Below are positions 39,501 through 51,269 of a stretch of 64,000 nt of DNA, piece by piece. The translations under genes and the position numbers were made by a program. This stretch comes from Trichosphaerium sp. ATCC 40318 (Eukaryota > Protista > Tubulinea): positions 62,001 to 126,000 of the forward strand of contig JALMLS010000323.1 in assembly GCA_038496445.1 (NCBI GenBank), read 5' to 3'. The notes under the pieces were generated by a model that worked only from the letters and a program-made list of their open reading frames with translations, did no database searches and was not told where the DNA came from. Numbering within the stretch: the first letter of the stretch is position 1; each line of letters opens with the position of its first letter.

Positions 39501-39822
39501 AATTGATTTTTTCTTTTAGGCAGTCAGTTTAGTCTGAAAAAGGCTATTCCAACTACGACGCCAGCGCTTGTACTTCCACTACTACCACGTAAAGAAGGAA
39601 GAAGAAAAAACTTTCAGCTTGCGTCTTACGACGTCGAGTTTAATACAAACCAGTATTATAAATCACGTGATGGGTATGTATACAAACAAGATAGTTTGTT
39701 TATTTTCGTTCTTTTCAAACAGCAGTGGAGACAAAAAAATAGACAAGGAAAGAAAAAAATGCTTTGTGCATTTTTATGTGTTCCATGTGTTTTATCATAT
39801 GTACTAATCGTTATTACGTAGA

Positions 39823-42023
39823 TCACACGATATATGGGTATTCAAACCAAACACCGCACTTGGCCCGCTCCATAGGCAATCTGCCTTTCAGCCATTCAAC
39901 CCGAGGAGATGAGAAAAAGTTGTTCTTCTGCGCAGATGTAAAGCAATTGAAGAACAACACCTTCAAAAAAAAAAAAATCAATATGTAAATAAAAGTTGTT
40001 GGTATTAATGCCAAAACAAATACGTACATGTTTCATCCATGAAAACTGGCCTGTGTTCTTCAATAATTCATTTCGGAGAAACAATAGGCCCTACCCTTAC
40101 ATGTTGTAAAAACTTTTCGGAAGCAAGTCTCTTGAAGGTTTAGTTCATCGTAGAATCTGTAACACAAGAAGAGATTGCTCAAAACAGTCATTGAAGTGAT
40201 TCCCTTAAAAATCGATTTGACGGTTGGATCTTTTCGGGTTTTTTACGTTTTTTGAGGTATACATACTTCAAGGGCTGCTATGAGTGTCCTATTAAAATAT
40301 TTGTAAGCGAAAAAACGGAAAACAAAAACTCCTTGGCAACCATAAACAGTAACGGAAAATAATGTGTCACATTGTTTTTTTTCTGAAGGGTTTTTTGCTC
40401 TCACTCGTACCTCTGCTTTGCTCTTTTCTTTTTAGTTACTATTCTACGTTCATTCCATTGAATATTAGGATACATACGAGATAACGCATTAACGATATTT
40501 TGGGCGTAATAGAGTAAGCCCGATCCACCCATTAAGGCAATCTCATGGTTTGAAACGCGGTACCTAAAGTCAGTTACTATAGGCCAATAAAATTAATTGC
40601 TTTAATTAAAGTACCAGTCATAGGGAGCCACAATATTTAGCCTTTGTGAAACTTTTGAAAGAAATCTTACAACGTTCATCTGGTTCTTCCAATATCCTGA
40701 TTTAGTGTACCTAATAATCGAAAGTAAGAAAATAAATTATTGTACAAAATAACCCAAAAAATGTAAAAAAAAAAGATCCGGAATGTCAAAACAACAAACT
40801 ACAACGTCACCTCTGCTCCCACTTGTATTCAGGATAAAGCGTTTCTAGTGCCCTTATGATATTACCATCATAACTACAACACGTCAAACAAAAAAAGCGT
40901 TTTCAAGTCAACTTGACTTCTGTGACACTTACTTTGTTAGGAGCAAACCCCACCCACCTGCTTTAACAATTTGGTTTTGAGTAACAAATTCCCAGTCTTG
41001 CCAATTTATTATCTCTAGGTCCTTAGCCATTGCTTCAAACTTTTGTTTTTGATTTCCCAAATCATCCCAATACTCTTTAGAGCAACGACTAATACAAAGC
41101 TCCATTAGCAAAGCGTAATCTAACCAGCAACAAAAACACAACAAAATTCGAGCCTAAGCGTAGAATGAAGCGACAAAGACCACAAGAGAACAAAAGCTTA
41201 CAGAAGTAATGATTATATACATCGGAAAAAAGTTTGCACAGCAAGTCACGTACTTGAACTTCCATATACAAAATTGAAACGTTGGGTATAACGTTGACAA
41301 GCACTTAACAATCGAACCACCATACCTATCATCCGTTAAAATGTTAAATCACAAAATAAAAAAACCAAACAGAAATCGGAAAATCTGTTTTTCCTTCCTT
41401 CGTTATTCTTTTAATCACGTGCCTGGATTTGAGAATAAAGATTGCGTGTTTAGATGTTATACCACCAAATGATACAGTGTACCAATCACTCAGAGTTTTC
41501 AAGTTGAGGGTTTCGCTAAGGCTATCAAAAACTTCACGTTGTGCTTCAACACTGTTCCAAAAATGTGCTGGAACTGTCCTATAAGCCATTTGTTAAAGAA
41601 GTAACTGTTGTGACATGCTTGTCGTGGGTATCTTGTAGCAAGGCGGTCGTACAAGAATTTTTTATCGTTCCAAGCGAATTTAGGGTACAACGTCTTTAAC
41701 GCTTTTCTGAAACCACTTCCATAGCTTTTACGGATTAACAAGCGCGTTTGATGCGTTTTTAAGAGAGAATGTAATAATAAATACGTACTATGCTATATTC
41801 GACGTATTGGTACTTGATACATCACTGGTGGTTACTTTATACCAATCGTCAATTGTTTTTAGTCCAAGATTACGTGCAATGGTGTCAAATCGCATAGTTT
41901 TCTTTCTTGTGCACTCTAGGGGTTTCTGCAAGCTTGAAATACGTTATTACAAAGTAAATGTATAAAAAGGTACCTAGTAGACGCCCTAGCATATTTCGCA
42001 GCGCTAACGAACTTATTTCGCAT
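39823..42023 (-). CDS. 'DWY' tandem-repeat protein, no recognisable nuclease motif; 3' end uncertain
   Basis: MRNKFVSAAKYARAST; repeats LGLKTIDDWYKV, VPAHFWNSVEAQREVFDSL..LSDWY, YWDDLGNQKQKFE..WQDW, WYRVS..GGSGLL; then KKRAKQR. Confidence 0.7.
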
Positions 42024-42156
42024 ACTACAGCCTATACAACGCCTTCAGGATAGTAGCACGGGTCAAAAAGCTGGCTTATTACCTGATTAAGTCGTGTCAA
42101 AAAAAAAGCAATGTGATCACATTCTGCAAATACCGCGCGTCTGAAACACCCTGTAA

Positions 42157-43510
42157 ATGTCTGGTACACCTAAACGAAAAGGTCTTGTCATCAAGAAGTA
42201 CACTCCTGAAGAGCTGAATGTAAGAATACTTCTTTTGTCAATAGTTTTGCATTAAAAACGGTAGGCTCGCAGAATAGCGAGAGAGGAGGCTCTAAAGAAG
42301 AAGGAGGAAGCACGCAGGCAAAAAGTAAACCGGATAACACGTTTTGAGTTGACACTTACTGTAAAAATCAGGAGCTTGAGGAAAAGAACAAGCGTGATCA
42401 AGCCAAAGAAGTCAAACTACAAAAACTTGCAGCAAATGCTTCTAAAGCTGAGAAGGAGCGACATGAGCAAGAGAAGAAGTATCTGGAGGATCAAAGAAAG
42501 CGTAAAGAGGCAGCTGATAGGGAAAAGTACGTTATTAAAGTTTGTACAAAATAACCAGACCGTTTTCTGTTTCCAAAAAAAAATTCGGTTTGGCGCACGT
42601 GATTACAAAGATGAAAGTGAATGGTATTTTTAGGAAGAAACAAGAGGAAGAGCGTAAAAAGAACGCAGAACAACGTAAAAAACTTGATCAGGAAGGAAAC
42701 CTAAAGAACTATGAGGGCGATTGGTTAGCTGAGCAAGTGCGTTATTTTCTAGCCAACTTTTGTCTTTTTTTCTTTTACATTTTTTTTTCTCAACAAGTAC
42801 CTCATCATGCGGGTTGAGCATGACGTTCGTTGTACTATGATTTTGTTTGCACATTTTAGTGTGTTAAGTTTACTAACAGAATTGTTTGTAGCGTCAAGAG
42901 GCAGCCAAGAAAGTCAAGAAATCCAGATACACAACAACTGTTAATGTTTCAGGTGGTCCTTCAAAATCTGGTGGGTCTAGTAAATCAAACGCACCTGTGC
43001 GTAAAGGAATGACAAAGAGTGATGCTGTAGCTGTACGTCCTGTTATTTTAGCGTTATACTTTTTACTTAAAATGCTCACTATTTCAGGCTCTTATGAAGT
43101 CCCAACAAAGTGATGGTTCATGGAAATTTGATCCTAAATTCGGTACAATGTTTAATCTTGACACAACTAAGATGGTTGCTTCTTTACCAAACCCAAACGT
43201 ACGACTTGATTTCTTCGTTTTTTTTTTTTAGTTCACGTGATAGATGCTTAGAATTATTGTAGATTGCTACTGAATGGGGTACTGCTATTGTTGTAATGTG
43301 GATAAAACTATACGCTGCTATTTTAAGCGAGACATGGGGACAAGCTGTTCATAATGCTATTGCGTATCTAAAGGCAAGTCACATGTATTTTCATGATTTT
43401 TTTACCATTGTAAAAAATGTATGTACTTACTTGTGTTCTAGGCAAAAGGAAAAGAGAGTTTATTAGATGATGCCAAAACTGCAATTAGAGGAATGAAAAT
43501 CCCAAAGTAA
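42157..43510 (+). CDS. Charged coiled-coil protein with C-terminal PARP4 MVP-interacting/VWA5-type domain
   Basis: E/K/R-rich helix, then ALMKSQQSDGSWKFDPKFGTMFNLDT...EWGTAIVVMWI...WGQAVHNAIAYLK. Confidence 0.6.
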
Positions 43511-44055
43511 TTATTGTCACTACCAAGTGAACGCCTGTTTCTAATAAAACAATATCAAAAAACAAGCTGAAAACTCAATTCGATTTTGAAAATAATCCAT
43601 TCACTTCACCCGCATTATCACTAAATTGGGCTCCTTGTTATATTGACAAATTTGCAACAGTACATACTCTTTTGTGCAACACAATAGTCTAAATGAACAA
43701 GAACGGAAACGCAACAAAACTATTACTAGTCTAGTGGGTAACTATGTTTATTGAAGCGTCACTAGTGACAGTATACGTTGCATGGACGTAGAGTAATTGG
43801 AAACACAGAGGATTGGCACTGCCATGAACAACCGATCAAGGTAATAGATGGGTTGTCCAATATGTGTTTGTTGTGTCAGAGCCAGACAATGATATGGCCA
43901 AGGGTTGGATTGTTCACCCACTTTAGACCGTCGTGAGACAGTTTGTTTTGCCCTACTGGTGGGCCTATTTACTATTAATGTCAGACGACACTAAGATTAC
44001 AGTGTATGAACAATTGTAAGTGGATTTTATTAAGAATCAACTTTTTGGTCATCTA

Positions 44056-45570
44056 TTACCATTCATAAACATAAGCATAAGAGAACACTTGACTCTTTGT
44101 TGGGTTTCCCACTTTGGTTCCATTATCATCAATACATTTCTGACCGTTAGAACCTGTTGTATCGCCGTTCCTCCATACTACAACAACATTACTATTTCTT
44201 TTTGTGTGGCACTTTTTTTTTGATACAAAAAAGGAATCTACATCCATCATGTTCAGCCCATCGTACCAAATGTAAAATTACTATTCCAAATAAGAGGATC
44301 TTCAAAGTGAAACCTATAAGCTGAAAAAGCGGCACTACCTGTGAAAGAAGTGATAAGGATCTTTCTTGTTTTTTGTAGTTTACTTATTTAGGTCTTTGTA
44401 CCTGTTGTTCTATCGATATGTGTAAGCCCAGATACAGGTAAATGGAATGTTCCAGCGTTGAAGTAGAAAGCAGAATCGAAATAATCTTCAGTTCCAGAGC
44501 TTTAACACAATTAGTAAAACAACATTGCGTGAAAAAAAAGCTGTGTAACAGAAGTCAACCTCAAGAGCATCTTTGGCTTTCCATCAATGTACGCTCTTAC
44601 ACAGCCCTACACGTACGTATGAGTACGCGGATTGAGTGGTTTTAAAGAAAAAAATAACAAGGGTAAACCCAATTAACGCACCTCAAGAAAGTTCAAGTTT
44701 TGTGATTTTACGACCATCATTACTCCAAATAACAGTCCTGATGATTTACTCTGCACTAGGTTTATCTTCTCCAATGGGTCGTAAGTGCCATTTATTTTGT
44801 AAACTTTCAAGTGTGCCCTATGCACTGTTAGAACATGAATTAAAAAAACCACGTGACTTACGTTGGTGGTACTGTAAAGCCTTCCACATGTATAGGAAAA
44901 TTTTCTGCTCCTCGTACAATAAACCAGTACTTTGCTTCTGGATCCGAAGCAGCTTGTTGTACGGTGACACGAAGAGAAGATTTAAACGGTATTTTAATGT
45001 CTACAAAGGGTAAAAAAAGCCATCAGAACAAAAAAAGAAAGAGTCAACACTTACTATTGTACACTCCACCCTGTGCTGCTGCCTGAAATAACTTGTTAAA
45101 GTGAGGGTTTTTTTATCTGTTCAGCACCTTTCCGATGAGTTCTGTTCCCCAAGGACTCTCTTTATCATCGAACCCAATACCAACTGACAAATCAAGAACA
45201 AGTTCAATAGTGTAGCTTGGGTCATCGTCAATGTAGAATCGAATAATGGCATTGTCAACTGTGGGACCTTTAAAAAAAAAAGTCAGAAAACTTTTCAGGC
45301 TGACCAGAAATTGTAGGTCTATGGTCATTTTCGTACTTCCTGTCATCCACCAATGGTTAATAGCGGCTCCATTAGATCCCTTTACGGTATACTTGAAGCT
45401 ATGGGTACATTAGAAAAGTTTTTCAGTTTAAAGCCAGCGTACACCGTTAGTTCTTCGTGTCCTAAGTTTGCTGCTGATACTGCTGTACCAAAAGCTTCTG
45501 GTATAGCACTATTAACCATAGTGGTTAATAATATAGAGATGTATAGTATAGTTATTGTCAAGAGACGCAT
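44056..45570 (-). CDS. Secreted DUF2961/GH172-like protein
   Basis: Signal peptide; INHWWMTG, IRFYIDD, GGVYN.IKIPFKSSLRVT, SGTEDYFDSAFYF, AYRFHFEDP, YAYVYEW*. Confidence 0.8.
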
Positions 45571-45776
45571 GCTAACGTTGGTAATTTACACGCTTTTTAT
45601 GTAAACGTGCACATGCTTTAAGCTACAAATGACACGTGCTACCAAAAAAAACCCAATAGATTCAGTGGTTGCTAAAAGCTCCTACAAACCGCTGACGCCA
45701 GCGCGATATTTAAGCATTTACAGCTGTCCAAGAGATTGATATTTCCGAATGCTAACTACATTTATTTTTTTACTTA

Positions 45777-46502
45777 CTAGCATCCAGAACAATTACAATC
45801 TGGTGGGCAAGTAATAAGACTATTCTCAACAAAGCAAGAGGTGTTACCAAATCCACAAATACTGTCACTGAGTTTACCAGACAAACGTGTGTCTGTTAAG
45901 TCCAAAAAGTGCAATGAAGGTGATTCAAGTACCCACTTTGGTAGCTCTCCATCCAAGTGGTTATTACATATTTCAAGCGAGTACAATGAGTACAAATTAT
46001 TCCAACTATCAGGTATATGACCATAGAAGTTATTGTAATCAAGGTTGATTTCTTCAAGAGACCATAACTCAGAGATAACTTCTGGTAAAGGTTGCTTTCC
46101 AAAATCATTTCTTTTCAGCCTTAGTATTCTAAGGCTCTCAAGGCCCTTGAGGAATGTGACATTACCAGACAGGGAATTGTCATCAAGCCACAGCTCAGTG
46201 ATCATACTCAACCTACCAAAACTCTCTGGAATAGTGCCGACCAGGTTGTTGTGGCGTAAATTGATTTGCAATCCACTTTTTAGCATGGAACAGCCAATAC
46301 CATGCCAAGTGCATGGGTTATCATTACTCTTGTCATTCCATCCTTTGTTTGTCCTCCAAAAGGGTCCTCCAGTTGCATCGTAGAATTGCCGCAAGATTCT
46401 TACTACTTCGTCATGTGAAGGGACTTCTCGGGTTTGTGTGGGTGTTACGATGTGTATTAGTGTGCACACGATAAATAACGAGCAAACAACTGATTTGAGC
46501 AT
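45777..46502 (-). CDS. Secreted leucine-rich-repeat protein (LRRNT + ~5 plant-type LRRs), intronless
   Basis: Signal peptide; FYDATGGPFW..GW....PCTWHGIGC; LxxLxLxxNxLxGxIP repeats; Cys-rich C-terminus. Confidence 0.9.
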   Translation of the reverse strand: MLKSVVCSLFIVCTLIHIVTPTQTREVPSHDEVVRILRQFYDATGGPFWRTNKGWNDKSNDNPCTWHGIGCSMLKSGLQINLRHNNLVGTIPESFGRLSMITELWLDDNSLSGNVTFLKGLESLRILRLKRNDFGKQPLPEVISELWSLEEINLDYNNFYGHIPDSWNNLYSLYSLEICNNHLDGELPKWVLESPSLHFLDLTDTRLSGKLSDSICGFGNTSCFVENSLITCPPDCNCSGC

Positions 46503-46906
46503 CTTAGGAGGTTCCACAAGCTGTAAGTGTACGATTGCTATACTCTGTTTCGCACTGAATACAAGATGTATTGATTGTGGGACACAAAACCAACAGTTGC
46601 TTATGTGTAAAAAAAAAACTTAAATCGAAAATGAATTGGAGTTTTCATGTCTCCTAGATGCCCTTGACCAAAAACTTATGAATGCAAATCCTTTGGCCAT
46701 TACCCTCCTCAGAGTTGCCTTGAAAGGTACAAATATGGCCAAGAATAAAATGAGAAGGTTGAAGTGAACGAGACTAATACAGACTTGTTTAATCAAAATT
46801 ACGGTATTTAATGCGCCTAAAGCAGGTGTAGGCTTTGCTATGGGATATGGTTAGTTTTTATCGGTTTTAACAACAAGAATACAAAGTCACTCGCTTTGCG
46901 CGTAAA

Positions 46907-49900
46907 ATGCGTGCTTTGGCTAAGAGTGTAGCTGGTAAAGCCACACAGCGCTCAAAACAACCACAGGCAAAGCGAAAATTTTCTACAGGTACAAAAGCGC
47001 AATGAAGCGAACCTTCTACGCCCGTTTAAGTTATATATAACCTCACTCGCGCTTTTTACTAGCTCCAAAACCAAAATACCACTGGGATGATATTAGAACT
47101 CAAAGGCACTACTTTGAGAACCACATGGCTCCTGTACTTAATATAACCACACCAAATGATTGGTATAACGTCACAATTGAAAAAGCCAACGAAGCCGGCG
47201 CCAGAGGCATACTTAGGCGGTGAGTAACGCTAATACGCACGATAACTTCCGGTTAAAAACGCTTTGACAGTTCATACTCTATTGTACTCACCTGCTATCT
47301 TAAGGTATGGAGGATCATTGATTAGAGCGTTGGTAGCTATTTACCCGCATAAAAAATGGGATTTATGGCAGTTCAAGTAAGAATGAAACAGTAAACTTAC
47401 CGGATCCAACGGCTATTCACTTAGGTGTGTGCCCATGCATTATTGGGATAAAATAGAGCATCAACAACAAATCTTTGAAAACGCTGCTCGTTTTCTTCAA
47501 GTGATGGCACGTGCAGACAATTTTTTTGCTGAAGAACAAGTCTTTTGGTAATCATGAATATTAATGTGGTTTTACCTAGATTATGGAAGATTGGTATGCG
47601 ATTACAAAGATAGATCTCATCGAGAATGGCTGTGTAAGCGTCATACTTAACAAGTACGAAGGAGCGTTACCGATATGTATCCCTTACACAAGTTCAGATA
47701 CAATGGCTCAGTGTCACGTGCATTAAAGTCTGTTTTTCCTCAAATTAAATGGAAAAAAAAAAGATTCATGTACTGCCTTTTATTCTCGTGTTAGATGTAC
47801 CGGTCACTTATTTGTTTTCGTTTGTCTAGATATGTACCTTTGAATATAAATGAAAAATATAAAAGAGATATAGATGAATTAAACATTGTTGCAGAGAAAT
47901 TGGATATCAAAGTGTTAGATGACTGGCATGAAGTTAATGTCAAAGATGTTTTAGATATTGGCGGTGGTATAACTATTGCAAAGTGAGTACCATGGTTTTC
48001 TCATTATTACGCTTGGTGTTAACGAAATCAAGGCATGGAAGAAGCTTGCAAGCTGCCCTTCGACAGTTATTCCCAATGCACAATTGGCCTCCACTACACG
48101 AGTTAGTACTTGACTTTTTCTTTGAATACTTTTGTCTTATGTTGTTGTGCTTTAGGCTTAGCGAATGGGGTCACTGGAACGATGAAAATAACCAAAGATC
48201 TAGGTTAGAACGTATGGCATCAACTCACGGTATCAAGACATTAGATGATTGGTATGGTGCGCCTTACTCTGAGTTTATCAAGAGCGGTCTTGGGACTATA
48301 ATGAAGATGTACTTTGTTCTGGTTTTTACCTTTCTTGGTTCTTACCCTTTGTGTTTTTAGATACAGCTTTTCTGCTACAAGAATGTTAGCTTCATTATAT
48401 CCTGAATATCAATGGAAAGTATGGCTGTTCAAGTATGTGACAACGACATTATTGTAAATAGGTTTTATTAATAGCTATCATTAGGACTTCTGTTGAAGGT
48501 CATAAGCGTATTGAACTTGATAGGATTGGCCAAGAGCTTAATGTTAAAGTTCTTTGGGATTGGTATAATATACGCGGCGAGGATGTTCAGGCACATGGCG
48601 GTAATTACGTAACACAAAAGTACTACAAAATACCAATTCAGAACCTCATTTCATGTTTGTTCTTTCTCACAATTAGTTGATTTGTTTTCGTAGATTTAAC
48701 GGTTCCTTGTATGCAACTCTTGCTGATTCTTATCCTCACTTTGCTTGGAAACCATGGAAGTTCGTGTAAGTACTTGTCACATGTTGTTTCTTTTCCTAAT
48801 AGTTAAAACGATTTAGAACTGCTCCAATGAACTACTGGGCGGATACAAAGAATAAAAAGGCCTATACAAATTATGTTGCTAAGCGTTTAAATGTCAAGAC
48901 TTTAGAAGAATGGGATAGTATAAAAGCTAAAAAATTCAGACAAGAAGGAGGCGCTGGCATGCTGAGAGTGTACAGTCTTTCTGAACCAATTTTTTCGAAA
49001 AAAAAAAACTAAGACTACACTTCTAGGCATAACGATTCTCTTGGTTCTGCTCTTAAAGATCTCTACCCCGATTTTGCTTTCATTTTCAAGTACTAGTATT
49101 CCGTCGTTGCCTTTTTTTTCTTATGTGTGCACAGAGACAAGAAGGTAGTCCGCAAACCAGGTCACTGGAACAAGGAGAGGAATCAAATCACTTTTCTAAA
49201 ATCAGCAGCAAAATCTCTTAAAATTGATGATCCAGATAGCTGGTACAGCGACCTCATGCTTCGGTTAAAACACCTCACTTAGTTACTCACTTTATGTAAG
49301 GTATCGGATATCAGAGGCTCAGTTAGCAAGTGCTGGTGGTTCAGGTTTTTCGCAACACTTGCTTAATGCTTTGAGGCTACTTTATCCAAACTACTCTTGG
49401 GATCAGAACAACTTTGTAAACTCAAGTAAAAAGTCTAAGCAACGGTAAGTAGTTTACAGCATAATTCGAGGATGGCTTTAAAATAGAAACACTTTATTTG
49501 AGTTAAAGTATTGACAAGAAAGTTTAGGTGGATGTTGTCTTGTATAAAAAAACTATTTCCGTTTCACAGAATCGAAGAAGAACACTTTTTGGGATCACGT
49601 GAAGATTTTACAACTGCTTGCAGTGTTGACGTGTTTATACCTTCTTTTAATTTGGCGATTGAATATCAAGGTAAGCAGCAAGCACATCAAGTTGATTGTG
49701 CACATAACTAACTTTTGAATCAAAAAAGGTGAACATCATTACAGCGATATTTTCAAGTTTTCCATGCCGACTATGGTATTCAAAGCACGTGATATGGAAA
49801 AAATAAGTTTATGTAAAAAAGCAGGTTCGTATCTAAGCTAAATATTTGTTTTCGAGAAGACTGTATCAACATCTTTCTGTATTGAAACAAACTTTTTTTG

Positions 49901-50101
49901 TAACTATTCAACAAACGCTCATCTTGAAAAGGTATTACACTGATTGAGATTCCGTTTTGGTGGCGAGGTGATATTGAAACGCTTGCCGCTACTATTAGGC
50001 ATAGACTTCCTACCGTTGGATTGGATATGTACAAGGATGTTAAACCATTACTGCCTAAGGAATCATCAGAAGAAATACAGAATCTTCCAACAAGTACCTA
50101 A
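46907..50101 (+). CDS. 'DWY' tandem-repeat protein (7 repeats) with C-terminal PD-(D/E)XK/RAP-like endonuclease; putative mitochondrial transit peptide
   Basis: MRALAKSVAGKATQRSKQPQAKRKFST; seven ~72-aa repeats; SKKSKQR..VDVFIPSFNLAIEYQGEHHY..RDMEKISLCKKAGITLIEIPFWWRGDIETLAATI. Confidence 0.85.
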
Positions 50102-51269
50102 ACCCTATTTTTCTGTGTTCCGCAGCTTTTTTAACTCCTTTGGTTTAGCGTTTTCAGCTCATATTATGACGCCCACTAGTTCAGCCAAATTAGGGGTTAT
50201 GAGTGCTTAGGTTGTGTTCAGAAAGGAGGATTTAAAATAAAATAAAATGTACAGTAAAGAAAAAGAGGATTAACTTGCGATTGGCATGGAACGCTAGTAA
50301 CAGCATTGCTAGTGCTCCTTCAAAAGAGAAACGGCATAAGGGATCTCTGAGACAAACCAAATGTTTAAAAAGGATGAGCTAAGGAGTCTGATAAAACATG
50401 TTTCAATCTCTCGTATTTTTGTGATTTGGCAAACAGCATACATCTTCAAGTGTGGCTAGAACTGGTGGTGTCACTACTGCTCACTTTATATCATGTTACA
50501 AATTAGGAAGTACATGAGCCCCTTTGCACTGTAGATATAATGGTATGTTAGACAAATACAGAAGAGAAACTCTCTAATACATCATCCGCTAGATAGTTTG
50601 TCACCTCTCTATTTTAGCGTCATATTGCGACAATACGAATTCATACTTGTTACACAATTTAGCTTGTGGTATTTGCGCGGAAATAGTTTGGAATGTGAAC
50701 AGGCTCATTGTCTTTTTTTCGGTTTTATTCTCACCAAAAAGAAATAACCGCAAGTGGTTTACTACCCTTGCACTCTCATTATTTGGTATATGTGGTTGTG
50801 TTGACACGTTATTATTTGCCCGCTATTGAAGAATACAGCGAATTCGTCATGTTATCGTAGCTTTTATTTTACTATTTTTGTAGTGCATCACATGTGATAC
50901 CGGACAATAAGTTTATGGCCTCCCGCGTATGTGATTTCATGCACGATTGTTGGTATATGTTACAACAGCTTGTAGGTTTTGCAGCTGTGAGCATCTGGTA
51001 TTGCTACTCTCTGGAAACCGCCGTCACTTCACTAAGGGTCACTAGCGCTAGAAAAGTTGCTAAGTTCTTGTAAAGCACATGTAAACAATAAGATACATCG
51101 CCATAACTTTGACTAGCGCTAGTTGCACTATTCCACGGTTTTATCAACAGCCCAAGAAATGTCACGTGATTCTTTATTTTGCTAAAAAACGCGAATTTTC
51201 CAACTAGCGCTGAAAAACAAGGAAAGTCATAAAATACATACAAGACCCAAAGCAACAACAGGTCCTGAA

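Noticed and set aside
43749-43975. Minus-strand open frame as an extra exon of the DUF2961 gene
   Set aside because: The gene already ends in a plausible YVYEW* terminus and the extra frame has no recognisable motif.
46620-46860. Exon-like fragments (DALDQKLMNANPLAITLLRVALK; ITVFNAPKAGVGFAMGY)
   Set aside because: I could not build a start-to-stop model or recognise any homology.
4305-50101. Repeat-nuclease genes as transposons or homing elements
   Set aside because: They are intron-rich, highly diverged and carry transit-peptide-like N-termini, with no visible terminal repeats, target-site duplications or RT/transposase. A mobile origin of the nuclease is not excluded.
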